From positions 37,884,001 through 37,948,000 of the forward strand of contig NC_087436.1 in assembly GCF_036321535.1 (NCBI RefSeq): a stretch of 64,000 nt of DNA. The letters run 5' to 3'. This document shows, in pieces, positions 27,553 to 39,925 of this stretch; the first letter of the stretch is position 1, and each line of letters begins with the position of its first letter. A program made the position numbers and the translations under genes. A model generated the notes under the pieces. That model was not told where the DNA came from, ran no database searches, and saw only the letters and a program-made list of their open reading frames with translations. Source of the stretch: Camelus dromedarius (lineage: Eukaryota).

Positions 27553-30500
27553 GGGTGGGAACCATGTTTTATTGAATTTTGTATTCCTGTGTCTTAGTGG
27601 AGAGCTGCACACAATATTAGCCTCAATATTACAAACTGTGAGTGATCCGTGATCTCTCAGTGGGAATTAAGGGAAGAAGAGAAAAAGTCAAGGCAAGAAG
27701 TTTTTAGAGAGCTCTATAATTAAAATGCATTGAACAGATCATTCAGAGAGTAAAGAAACATTACGTTCTGTTGGGGAGTTGACTGATCACATGTGAAAAC
27801 TCAGCTCTTGAATCCTAAACTGCAGAAGAGGAAGCAAAGCTCTGGTTGGCAGAAGCAAGAGGGAAGGGAAAAGAATAAAGGAACTAGCATCTCTTTGAGA
27901 ATTTACCATGTGCACTATTCTAGAAGCTTCACGGACATCATGTCATTTATTTACTTATTAAAAAAGCTCTGAGAATTTAACAGTTTACTGAGGGTTATGC
28001 TTATTTCACCCAATTCTGAGTCTAAAATCAACAGGGGCAAAAGGGAAAGTGAACAGAATTAGGTCCTAAAGGAAGCGGAAAACATAGTCATTCAGAATAT
28101 TTCATTCCTGATATTATTGGCTAACTAGATTTTTTTCAGTACAAGTAAGTATTGGATAACCAGTGTGATTACTGTTTCTTTTTGTGTGGATAATTGAGTG
28201 AGGACTCTTACCAAAGGGCTGAGTGGGGATGGAAAATAGGATCTTTTGGCACTCAGCTATATTCAAGCCACTTTTTAGATTGTTCATAGCGTGCATTGAT
28301 CCAACCACTCATTTAAATTGATCTTTTTTAAATGTATGGACATTAGTTTTTTTCAAGTATCTCATGTTTTTCATAGTTTTCTGAGGCCAACGTGTCTCAC
28401 AGGATCTTCGGTTATGTCCTAATTTTAATATACAGACTCACTTTAAGTCTTTCTTTGTAACTGTTACCAGTATCAAAATTGCCTATAGAGCCATGAAATC
28501 TAATTTAGGAAACCCATTGTTTCTGAGGTTCTTCATTGTTGTATTTTAGAAATTATTCTATTTAAACTAGACTCTTTTATCCTTGTGCTTAAATAATGAT
28601 TTTAAGCTTTTCTCAAATTCCATTTTGAGCATTTTTTCCCATTGGCTATTATTTCTGAAGCATCAATTACTCTCTCTACTGGCTCAAACTTGCAAGGTGT
28701 TATGTGCTCGGCTTTGAGTTTTGTCTTAGAATCCCTCAGGTAATCCTTGTTTGAGGATTTCCTTTCACTGCACACTTTGCTGGTGTACTGAATTCTTTAG
28801 TTAGTGAAATACTGTCAGTCAGTGTTTATCTCCATTTTTTACTACCCACATTTGCTACTCTAGGCCCTGTTTATTTATTTCACTATATTGTAGCCACCTA
28901 CACTTGTCTCCTTTTTAGTAACCATGATTTCTAAGACTTAAAATAGTTTTCATGTTCATTCGGTGTATTCAGTGCGGTACTTTTCTTCCTCTATATCAAC
29001 TGTGTTTTTTTCCTTGAAAGAAAATAGGAATCTACAAAAGATGATGACTGCAGTTTGGCACTCTAATAAATTATTATTTGACTTAATAAGGGGGGTGAAA
29101 TGGAGTGGGATTAGAATGGGATTTATAAACTAACTAGAGGCTCTGTGAAGTTTCACACTTGAATTAGAATCTGAACAGAGGCCATTGTGAGAGTCTTCAG
29201 TGCAGAAGTGATGACAGTGCCTTTAATTCCTTTAAACATTGTTTTGGCTTTTCCTAAGAAGTGGGTCGAGTGCTCTGTTACCGTGTTTCTTCCCACGGAG
29301 CACAGTGTGGACCTTTGCTAGCTCCCTTGGGGGTAACGTCTTTCTTACTTGAACAGTAGCTGGAGTAGCAGATTTCTCCAAGGTTCAAAGTCACTTCTGA
29401 ACTAGGGGCAGAGAGCTTAATAGTTGGGTCACGTGGCTGACTATGATGTCAGCCTTGTGATTCGTTGGGATAACCTCCTGAGGACTGCATTCCAGAAACA
29501 TTGAATTGGTAAGAGAAGATCATAATGTTTCCTGCATAACATTATGAAATCACTTGCATTCCAAATTGCATCGGAAATTTGGGGTATTCAGGAAATTTTT
29601 TATTTGAGCTGTATGTCCCAGGAGTGGAGTAAATGAGAAACATTTGTGGCTACGTGGCTTGCTTGGTGGAAAACATCAATACTTGGTCCAATTTTTTTGG
29701 ACAAGGGATTAAGAATTTGAGGTCTGTTCTGGCAGAGGATTGGAACTCCTTTTTGGAGACTCAATTATACTTCTAATTTTGCAATTTATTTGATTTTGGA
29801 AAATTTGCTTTGGAAATGATGATTTAAGTATCTGAATTATTGAAGAAGGATCTTGTAAGCAAACAATTCCTCCCATGTGCACACATTTGAGAATAACCAG
29901 TTGAACTGTATGTTTAGACCAATGAAAAATATTTCCAGCTAAACCAGAAAATTCTAAATGGTAAAGATGTGGCTTTGAATGAACCAAAAGAATTTCTTAA
30001 GCTCCATAAGAAATGGGTGATTCTTATTAAATGCTAATTTTGTTACACTGAAGGAAAAATATATGTAATATTTGAAAAAAAATAATTGATCTACTCAGTG
30101 TTTTGCTGGTTTTTGAAAATTTGTGATCTTTTGCTAGAAAACTATTTGTTTAATCACAGAGTTATGTCATTTAAAGTTGAAACTTGGAGTTCTTTGGACA
30201 TTTCAGAGATAGAAGGTTGTACCTTATGTTCTTAAGGACATGTTTCCAGACATACCTTCCTTGGGACTTTTCACAATATATTGTCAACAGAAATTGCAAA
30301 GTGGCTTGTTGTTCCAAGAAAAAGAAGCCTATAGAAAAACATTTGGGTCTTGATCTACTACTTCATAAGGAGTGACAGCATCTGGGGATGGTCTAAATAA
30401 GTCAGGAGGACCCGGGGCCCTGAGCTGAGCTTGTGATAGCAACACAGCTCTGCCCCGATTCCGATGTCAGTTTCATTCCCCCATGAATAAAATAGGGGAG

Positions 30501-30714
30501 CTATTTTATTACATGTTATTTGCTCTCCTACCTCAGCCTTGTGTGAGGATGGACAGTCGTAGGCAGTTTATCCTGAAGTCTTTTCTGGCAACACATGACA
30601 TTTCATGATGGCAGAGTTGGGAGATCAAATGTGGATCAGCAGCAACTTGGAGTTTTTTTTTTTTTCCTGGAAAATTAATTTTCCTACCTTTCACATTTAC
30701 ATTTTTTCCACCTG

Positions 30715-31020
30715 GAATTAATTGTTTAATATATTGTTAAGTAGCAGGTAAGATTGACTTTTTTTCCTTATATGTATATCCAGGTGATCCATAACCATGA
30801 GTGAAAAGACCATTCTTTTCTGATTTTACTACAGGATAAACTTTGCTATATCAGGTTACTATATAATTTTGAATTTGTTTCTAGGTGTTTGGTTCTTTTC
30901 CGTTGATCCATTTTTCTGTACCTATGCCAGAACAAGTGTTTTTATTACTGCAGTTGTATATATTTTGATTGTCATAGCGTAAGTCCTCAGTCTTTGTTAT
31001 TTTCTTCAAGACTTTTTGCT
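30715..31020 (-). mobile_element. Highly diverged L1M fragment
   Basis: Degenerate antisense ORF2 3' motifs (ccacctggaatta, ccgttgatccattt, gtaagtcctc...ttttcttcaag). Confidence 0.55.
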
Positions 31021-31774
31021 AGTTACTAAAAAAAAAAAGAAAAGAGATTAAAGTCACTAGGAATATTTCTCTGTTTTAGTAAAAAATTTTAATAAAGATA
31101 ATGCAGGAAGTATAAACATAATGATCTGTATCTTGCTTTGGGTGATTCTGAACTTGAATGTTTTTAAAGCCTGAATAGGACTTCCCACTGTCATCAAGCC
31201 TAAGAGGTTGACAAGCTTATCAAATAGTGATAGTGTTGGTGCAGAATTCAGATGGCAATGGTGCCAACCAAGTATCCAACAAAAAGAAATATCAAAAGGA
31301 TTTATCACTAACACCCAAAATTATAAGCAGTTTCCTCCAATTCTGTTTCTTCTCTATTTCTGTTTCTTCCCATCAGGTTTATACAAATGGAACTTCTAGA
31401 ATCTGTCACAGAATAGTAAAGTGCAATTCTCTAGTGATTTTCTTCAGTAATATAAAAATACCGGTTCAGTAACTAGCAGATCTGTCTTTTAATGGGCTAT
31501 CTTCCTGTAAGGTGCATATTTGTCTTTCATTAGGGTCAAAATTTAAACTAATGTAAAATTACAAGTAGTTGGTCCTATGAGGTTTTCAATTCCAGCCCTA
31601 CTGTGACCATATGTTCCTGTGGGGAATAGGGGAATTTTATTAGTTATCAGTTTGTTATTTTCATTCAGGTTGTCATTTATTGGCAGGGAAAATGAATATG
31701 CATAGAAATATCTTTAAGTTATCTATAGTGATAACCTTGAAATATGAGTTAATCCTTAATAATGATGATGATGA

Positions 31775-32010
31775 TGGCAGCTAACACTTTCTGCGTGCTT
31801 GCTGTGTGCCAGTAAGTAGTGATATGTGTTAAAACCTTAATACTTACTGTGACCCCATGAGAAAGACACTGTAATTACCATCTCCCTTTGTCACAGGAGG
31901 ATACTGCCACACAGGAGTCTAGGTAACATGCCTGAGCCACACAGCCTGGGGGTAGCCGGATAGGAGTTGATCCCTCATGATTTGTCTTCCCTGTCTACCC
32001 TGTGAACCTC
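31775..32010 (-). mobile_element. MIR SINE
   Basis: gcagctaacactttctgcgtgcttgctgtgtgccag ... aggtaacatgcctgagccacacagc. Confidence 0.65.
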
Positions 32011-32599
32011 TGTCTCTAATACCTTAGAGTTGAGATACTTTATAAAGGAGTCAATCCAGATTTTGAAAACCTTCCATATATCCTAACCTGCTATTTAGAT
32101 GTTTTTGAAACTGCTGAAAATTTGCAAAACAATTTAATTTTTTAAAAATATATTTTAATTTATATCATATATTCCTTGATCTTTTTTAAGTTACCAAGCT
32201 ATCCTTAATTCATTACAAAGGAAGGACTGTACCTTTTTCTCCTTCATATAAAGGTCATGTCTAGGCAATATTTGTCCTGGCCTCTTTTTCCCGTTGGTCC
32301 CTCTCCCCTCATCTTAGCTGCTAGCTAATATGTTAAAAACGAGCTAAAGTTAACATTGAATTGAAATTAAAAATAGTAAAATTTCAGAATCAGAGCACGT
32401 CAGGTTGGGTATAGGGGAAATTTTTGAGTAGGTAGGACTTTCTGTGCCTCTCAATCCAGAAACCATAATAAAATAGGAAATGTTGTTAGCTTTTGATTGA
32501 TACAAGGGTTCTATGAATTGCTTTCATTAGAGCATGACTTTTGAGCTATTTTTCAGAATGATTTTCATCTAGCCTATCTTATCTGTATGTACCTGTGGT

Positions 32600-33125
32600 T
32601 GTATTAGTTATGTATTGCTGTATGACAAATTTCCCCTGCACTCTCACAGTTTAAAACCACAGGCCTTTATTATTTCATACATTTTCTGAGGGTCAAGGAT
32701 TCAGAGGAACTTAGCCAAGTGGTTCCAGAGTTCTGGCTCAGGGATTCTCACGAGGTTGCAGTCAAGCTGTCAGCTGGGGCTCTTTGATCTCTGAAGACTT
32801 GATTATGGCTGGAGATCCCACTTCCAAGTTCATGTATCTATTAGCAGGAGGCTTCAGTTCTTAACCACGTGAGCCCTCTCTAGGGCTCCTCACGACATGG
32901 AGAAGCAGCTTGCTTCTCCTGAAGAAAGTGCTGTGGGAGAGAGAGCAGCAGCAATCTTTTATAACCTAGTTTTGGAAATGGCATACCATACCATCATTTC
33001 TGTAGGATGCTGTTAATCACACAGACCCACACTGCCATGGTCCAGCCCAGGAGGAGACTGCACAAGGGTGTGGATACCAGAACGTGGGCCATCATTGGAG
33101 GCCATCCTCAAGGCTGGCTACAGCA
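32600..33125 (-). mobile_element. MaLR solo LTR, MLT1-like
   Basis: tgtattagttatgtattgctgtatgacaaat ... cattggaggccatcctcaaggctggctac, typical of antisense MLT1. Confidence 0.8.
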
Positions 33126-35259
33126 AGGATCAGTGAGGGAAAATGTGCTTTTTAGAAGGGTGGGGTGAGGTTAGAATCAATGACAAAACAAGGCCAGAAT
33201 ATAGAATCAGACGGAATGCAGAAGCCAGCCCAATTCGGGTACTAGTTAGGAAGGCAGTTTTAAGCAATAGGTTCCTGACCCTTAACGTCACTGGCTGAGC
33301 AGTTTTTTGTTTTTAACTCCGTCAACCAGTAGCTCCTGCGCGTCTGCTCTGTGTTCAGCGTTGGAGATAGTATAGTTAAAAAGATGATCTAGTTCCTGTC
33401 TTCACAGTGGTAAAAATAATCTTTAAAACTCCTTTCCTCTTTGTGAACGAATGGCAATAATACCTACCTCTGGATTTTGTGGGGATTAAGTTAAACAGAT
33501 AACGGATGTAAAACACTTGGTCTCTATATGTGCAGATAGAAGTTACCAAGAATTTTCACTGTCCCTGCCCTCTCTTGGCTTGTAGTTTTCATCTTTGTAG
33601 TTTTGCCTCTTTGTAAATCAGAGCACAGTCTGTCTTATTCCTTCTAAATCCCTCTCAAGATACCTAGTATAATGCTAAGCACGTAGAAGACGTCTCCGTA
33701 AATATTCGCTGCTCAGGGGACAACCTGCTGGCTGGAATGACGGAGCGCTAAGGGGCCTGCTCCTGACCGTGGCGGCAGCAGCTTGGCTGCCGGCTCCCGG
33801 GCACCTCAGTCGTTGGACGCGTGCATCTGTTTAGGACACTGGAGCGCTGTTTACTGACTGTGACACTGTCCTGGCTGTGGTGGTGTGGCCTGTCTTCTCT
33901 TTGGAAAGATAACTACGACTTCACAGACACAGGAAATGGCTTGAAGAGACGGTGTCTTATCGTGCTGTGCAGAGACCTTTACTAGGTACTGGATACAGTG
34001 GTTTGACAACCTTAGAGACAGATTTAAGGTGATCCTGCTGGCTTGTGCTGAGCCACTTCCCAGCTCTTCTAAAGAAGGAGGTTTTGTGCAGGCCGATTGT
34101 TTCTTACAGAACACAGTGGCATTCTGCCTGCTTGCAGGTGTCTTTCAGAATGGAGACTGCTGGACACTAGTAGGAGGTGCCCCTAGAAATCATTTAAAAG
34201 GCGCATACGCTCTCATAATTTTGTAATGCAGCAAAGCATTAACCAAAAAGAAGCTACAGGGCCGAAGGATGTTTGCTTCCCAATTGATTTTGGGCCTTTG
34301 GTGATAAGATTGGTGATAATGAATTTATGAAATAGAATTGAAAGTAGAAATTCTGTGAAATTATTCTTCTGGGAGGAAAAAGTGCTGAGTCTTATATTTC
34401 ATATTTAATTTAAATGTATTATTATTATTATTCATTTAGAATTAAATTCTCTTTAATATTGAATTTAAAACTTTTAACATTTAAAACTTAAAAAATATTT
34501 AATTAAAAATATTCCTCATACCTCCAGAACAGAAACCCAAACTGCATAATATATCCATGGTCTCACTGAGAGAAATGATTTACTTACATGTGTATTTCTG
34601 CCACTAGTCTGAGCTCCCCAAGAACGATCTGTGTGTTTTGTTTGTTTTCCCACTGCCCACCCTGTACGGGGGCTTTTGACATGGCTCCCCTGCTCTTTTG
34701 CCTCTTTCCTGATGTGGCTCACCTAGTTCCATGTGCCTTGTCAATTCAGAAAACACTTATGTCTGTTTCCTTTGGAATAACAGAAAGCAAACGCTTCCAC
34801 TTGAACTCTGGCCTGCAGTTTATGTGTGTGTGAGTATGTGGTCTGGCAAAGTGTCACACTTTCACTCTCTCCGTGCTGAGTATGTACTGGTACGTGCATA
34901 CACGTTTCAGTCTACTGTGTGAGCATTTTTACCTCTTCGCCAGATGACTGTGCAGCCAATAGCACCTCATCAATATGTCAAGTCTTTTTACAAATATGAC
35001 TACAGACAGAGTCTTAAATTAAGATATACTGCTGATTAACAACTAGACAGTCCAGTCTGGATTGACTCAGAAACCTGGGATATAGAATAATGAAATGGCC
35101 AAGATTAATGGGAAAAGAGGTCTTTGTCGTGACATTGTAGTGTTCTTTCAAGTCATACTTAACAAATGCAGTAATGAAGGATTGGTATTTGAGAATTAAT
35201 CAACATTGCATTAAATACACTGAAATCAAGCTATGTCATTAAAAGGTTTATGAACAGAA

Positions 35260-35480
35260 AGGCGGTGGGGAGAGAGAACTTGGGAGTTTGGAGTTTGTAG
35301 ATACCTACTACTATATATAAAACATAAACAACCAGATCCTACTGTAAAGCACAGCGAACTGTATTCAATACTTTCTAATGGCTTATAATGAAAATAATAT
35401 ATGTATGTATAAAGTAGTCACTATGCTGTACACCAGAAGGTAACACAATACTGTAAATAAACTACATTTCAAAAAAAAGA
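35260..35480 (+). mobile_element. LINE-1 3' UTR end with poly(A)
   Basis: gggagtttggagtttgtagatacctactactatatataaaa...cactatgctgtacaccagaag...aactacatttc followed by an A-run; similar to the 3' end of the L1 at 58035. Confidence 0.88.
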
Positions 35481-35522
35481 AGCGAAGAAGAAACATGGTA
35501 GAAAAGAAAAAAATGAAAGTTT

Positions 35523-36230
35523 ATCTCTATTTTATTTGTTCCCTCCCTGATCTTAATTGTTTCCTTCCTTCTGCTGACTTTAGGTTTTGTTTGCTCTTAT
35601 TTTTCTAATTCTTTTAGGTGATAGTTTAGGTTGTTTACTTGAGATTGTTCTATTTTGAGGAAAGCCTGTATTGCTATGAACTTCCCTCTTAGGACTACTT
35701 TTGCTGCCTCCCATAGATTTTGTGTGGTTGTGTTTTCATTGTCATTTTTCTTATGACATTTTAAAAATTTCTTCTTTGATTTCATCATTGACCCATTGGC
35801 TTTTTAGCAGCATGCTGTTTAATCTCCATGCTGTGGTTGTTTTTCTGTGGTTGACTTCTAGTTTGATGGCACTGTGGTCAGAAAAGATGCTTGAAATAAT
35901 TTCTATCCCCTTAAATTTCTTGAGGCTTCTTTTGTGCTTGAGTACATGGTCTATCCTAGAGAATGTTCCGTGAGCACTTGAAAAGAATGTATATTCTGTT
36001 TTGGGGGGATGTAATATCCTAAAAATATCAACCAAATCCAACTGTTCTATTGTGTCATTTAGTCTCTCTGTTGCCTTACTGATTTTCTGTCTGGAAAATC
36101 TGTCCAATGATGTTAATGGGGTGTTAAAGTCTCCTTCTATGATTGTGTTCCCATCAATTTCTCCCTTTATATCTGTTGGTATTTCTTTATGTATTTAGGA
36201 GCCTCCTATATTGGGTGCATATATGTTAAA
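35523..36230 (-). mobile_element. LINE-1 ORF2 endonuclease-region fragment without 3' UTR
   Basis: Peptides YTFFSSAHGTFSRIDHVL, IFSDHSAIKLEVN and NLWEAAKVVLRGKFIA; flanked by gaaagttt direct repeats. Confidence 0.93.
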
Positions 36231-36653
36231 GAAGAAAGTTTAAAATCTTTTAGTTGCTAAAAAATATAATGGAAAGAAGAGACATTTGTTATAGATACAG
36301 TGAAGCAAACAACAAGAATACCCTATTTATCAGAGGAAGAAACTAAACTCTAACATATATATATATATCATATATAAGTTACATATATATTATATATGAA
36401 ATTTATTTTTAAGTGTTAAAACTAAAATCTAGACATCTAAAATTAAGTATACATACCACTTGCTGCCAGGCAAGATTTTCTGTGTGTGTGAATGTAAAGA
36501 AGGAAATGGCTTATATTTATCATATTTAATGTTAAATTTTGTCTAGGTTAATATGTTTTCTTTGATTAGAAGTTATTTCAAATGTACTTTAGATTTTTTT
36601 CAAATAGATTTGATTGTAGCAATATAACAAATGTCTTAAATTTTAAGTTTGAT

Positions 36654-37206
36654 TGTGTTAGTTAGGGTTCTCTAGAGAAACAGAATGAACAGGATGTGTG
36701 TGTGTGTGTGTGTGTGTATGCAGAGAGAGAGAGAGAGATTCATCATAAGAAATTGGCTCACATGATTGTGGAGGCTGATAGGTCCCAAGAGCTGCAGGGT
36801 GAGTCAGCAAGATGGAGTCCAAGGGGAGCTAATGGTATCATTCCAGTTTGAGAACCAGGATAACCAATAGTGTAGTTCAAGTATGAAGGCTCTCAGGCTT
36901 GAGACACAAGAAAAGCAGATGATTCAGCTCGAGTCCAAAAGCAGGAAAAAGCCATTGTTCCACTTTGAAGGCAGTCAGGCAGGAGGAAACCTCCCGATTG
37001 GCAGGTCAGCCTTTATTCTGTTCAAGCCTTGACTGATTAGATGAGGCCCACCACACTTTGAAAAGCAATCTGCTTTACTTAGGCTACCAATTCACATGTT
37101 AATCTCATCCAGCAGCACTCACACTGACAAGCCTAGAATAATGTTTGACCAAATATCTGGGCATCCTATAGTCCCATCAAGTTGGCACATAAAATACACC
37201 ATGAGG
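36654..37206 (-). mobile_element. ERV-L solo LTR, MLT2-like
   Basis: tgtgttagttagggttctctagagaaacagaa ... gttggcacataaaatacaccat; 5-bp TSD ttgat at 36649-36653 and 37207-37211; internal (TG)n(AG)n. Confidence 0.85.
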
Positions 37207-38510
37207 TTGATCAAATGAACAAATACCTTATAGGTTTCTACTTTCAGTCTTTTTTCCTGTCACATCAGCCTGATGTAATTTTCCTCAAGTGCTGCAGTTC
37301 ACGGGGCAGGTTTAATCTATGCCTGACTTGTCAGTGCCTCCATGTGTTGAAGCTGCTTTCTCTGTCTAGTCTTCTGCAATTTCCCTGTAATACCCAGTGT
37401 TCTAGCTAGGTTTGTTCTTTTCATAGCACAAATGTGCCCTCCGCAATGCTGTGAGTTTGCTGACGATGTTTTCACTACTTTAATAAATTCATGCCCTCCT
37501 GATCTTATCCTGTTCAAAACCTATCCAGCTGACAAGGTTTAGAGTGAATTTCAAACCCTGTTGTGAAACTACCTCCCAAAATTCTACAGCTGCTTCTCTC
37601 TGTACAACTGTCTTGGCCCTTTTTCGCTCTTTGTTATAGTTTAACCAATTAGTTCTGTTTCCACCAAGAGCATTTAAAGTCCTTCCAGGTGGGAACCAGT
37701 ACGGGTATTCTTGTAAGTGTGGGTATTCTGCAGTGGTGTGCACATTATGTGCTACAGTAAAGGTGTTCAATGAATAAATACTCAGTTTCTCTAATAGATT
37801 TTTGAATTAACTCTCAGTATGTTGAGTGGGATATGCTTGGCCTGACTCTGGTCTTCTTTCCGAGGAGCACATCTGCTTGTCCAGTCTGTTCTTAGTTCTG
37901 CTTGGTTACAGTGCTCCCAACTGTTGGCCAGCTTTTGAATTCTTAAGAATTTGTTAGGAATGGGAAATGGATTCCTCAACTCTTTCCGTAATGGGTTTCA
38001 CTTAAATGAACAACAGACTTGCCTCTACTGTCTTACTGATTCAAAAGGTTATGACAGTGTTTTTTTCCCTGTTACTTAATCCAATTCAGCAGATCCTTTG
38101 TTGACAACCTTTAATGAGCAAGGTGTTGTGTCAGTATTAAGATTCATACAAAGGAAAATACGATATATGATACAGTGCCTGCCCTCGGGGAGCTAACAGT
38201 CTTTGGGGAAGGGGAGAGGCAGGGGAAAGGAGAAGCCTGGGCTTAACTAACTCTCATGCAATTTAGAATAATAAATACCAGTGGCATAAGCAGGTCTGGG
38301 AACAAACACAATTGACTCGGGGCTCAAGCAGGCAAGTCAGGTGGTAAGGACAGAGGTGTGTGGTGTGCAGGTAACCCAGAGAAGAGGCTGCTAACTGAGA
38401 GGACTTGAGCATCATTTGGCAGATTTTAGGATATGTAGAGTGTCCGGTAAATCTGAGAATCAGTTAATTGAAGGTCGATTAAAAGAGCTTCTGATGTAAA
38501 ATAGAGCAAA

Positions 38511-38873
38511 AAGAAAAGAATGAAATTTTGCCATTTGCAGCATCATGGGTAGACTTGGAAGATATCGTACTGAGTGAATAAGTCAGACAGAGAAAGACAA
38601 ATACTGTATGATATCACTTATATGTGGAATCTAAAAAATACAACAAACTGGTGAATACAACAAAAAAGAAACAGACTCATAGATAAGGAGAACAAACTGG
38701 TGGTTACCAGCGGGGAGAGGGGGGAGGGGAGGGGCAATACAGGGATGGGGGAGTGGGAGGTACAAACTGTTGGGTTGTAAGATGTGCTCAAGGATGTACT
38801 GTACAACACGGGGAATATAGCCAGGGTTTTGTAATAACTGTAAATGGAAAGTAACCTTTAAAAATTGTATATA
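38511..38873 (+). mobile_element. LINE-1 3' fragment with TSD
   Basis: ORF2 terminus (gaatgaaattttgccatttgcagcatcatgg...agaaagacaaatactgtatgatatcactt) and G-rich 3' UTR; 13-bp TSD aaaatagagcaaa at 38498-38510 and 38874-38886. Confidence 0.92.
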
Positions 38874-39501
38874 AAAATAGAGCAAATATACTGTGGGAAC
38901 AAAATATGCCTTCTAATTGCTTATGTATGAAATAGCTACCCTATTTTCCATAGCATAATCTGATTTAAAATTTCTTGGCCAGTCAGTATTGATAATTTAT
39001 CTTTAAATTAAATAACTGAAGTATAGTTTTTTTTTTTCTGTGACAGGCTGGTTTCTTAGGATCACAGTTGCTTCTTTTTGTTCTCATCTTTTCTCTTTTT
39101 CTCTCTATGATGTCATATTTGCTTCTTAAGATGCTTCAGACATTGTTATCTTCACTTGAACCCCCTCAAAGGAAGATATATATGTGTGTTAGTGACTTGT
39201 AATTAATATTCTTTGTTTATAGACTTGATTTTTTGTTTAATGTAGTATCTTGTTCTTTGAAATCGTATTTTCACAACTTGCTGTGTGGCTGATTATAAGC
39301 TGTGATTAGAGAAAAAGACAATTTATTTGCATTTGTCTGAAACTTCATTTTTCTTATAGAACTTTCAATGCACTCCAAACAAGAAATTAGCTTATCCTGC
39401 AATGTTCACTATTTTAAATACTATTTTCCTTGATTGTGAGATGTTTTCTTCTTGCTCTCAAAGAAAATAATTAAAAAAAAATACTACTTTGCTTAAATTA
39501 T

Positions 39502-39925
39502 TGTGTCAGTCAACTTTTGCCAAGAAGACTGCTCTAACCAACAACCCTAAACTCTTAGTGGTTTCTAGCATCCAAGATTTATTTCTTGTTCACACTAGTA
39601 TGGACTCCTGGAAGCTGTGACCCTATTCACAGCTCCATTCCACGTGGTATTTGAAGGAACAGCCCTTATCAGGGACATGCGTTTTCCTGGCAGAGGGGAA
39701 GGAGCAGTGACCCGAACATGTGATGACTCCGAAAGCTTTCCCTTGGACATGGCTCGCTTTGCTTCCCATCACATTTCATGGGTCAGTGCAGGTCACCTGG
39801 TCAAACCTGACACAGTACACAGTACACAGCCCCCACAGGCAGCACTATGAACCACATGGCCGCCTGGTACAGTCCCCCTACTGGGAGAGGAGCGGTGAAT
39901 AAAGTGGAAAGCTATGATCTATCAT
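39502..39925 (-). mobile_element. Old MaLR LTR, MLT1-like
   Basis: aaccctaaactcttagtgg...atttatttcttgttcac and cacatttcatgggtcagtgcaggtcacctggtcaa motifs. Confidence 0.6.

Noticed and set aside
34400..34515. Extremely AT-rich stretch with short palindromes
   Set aside because: No long perfect inverted repeat or periodic unit; ordinary low complexity.
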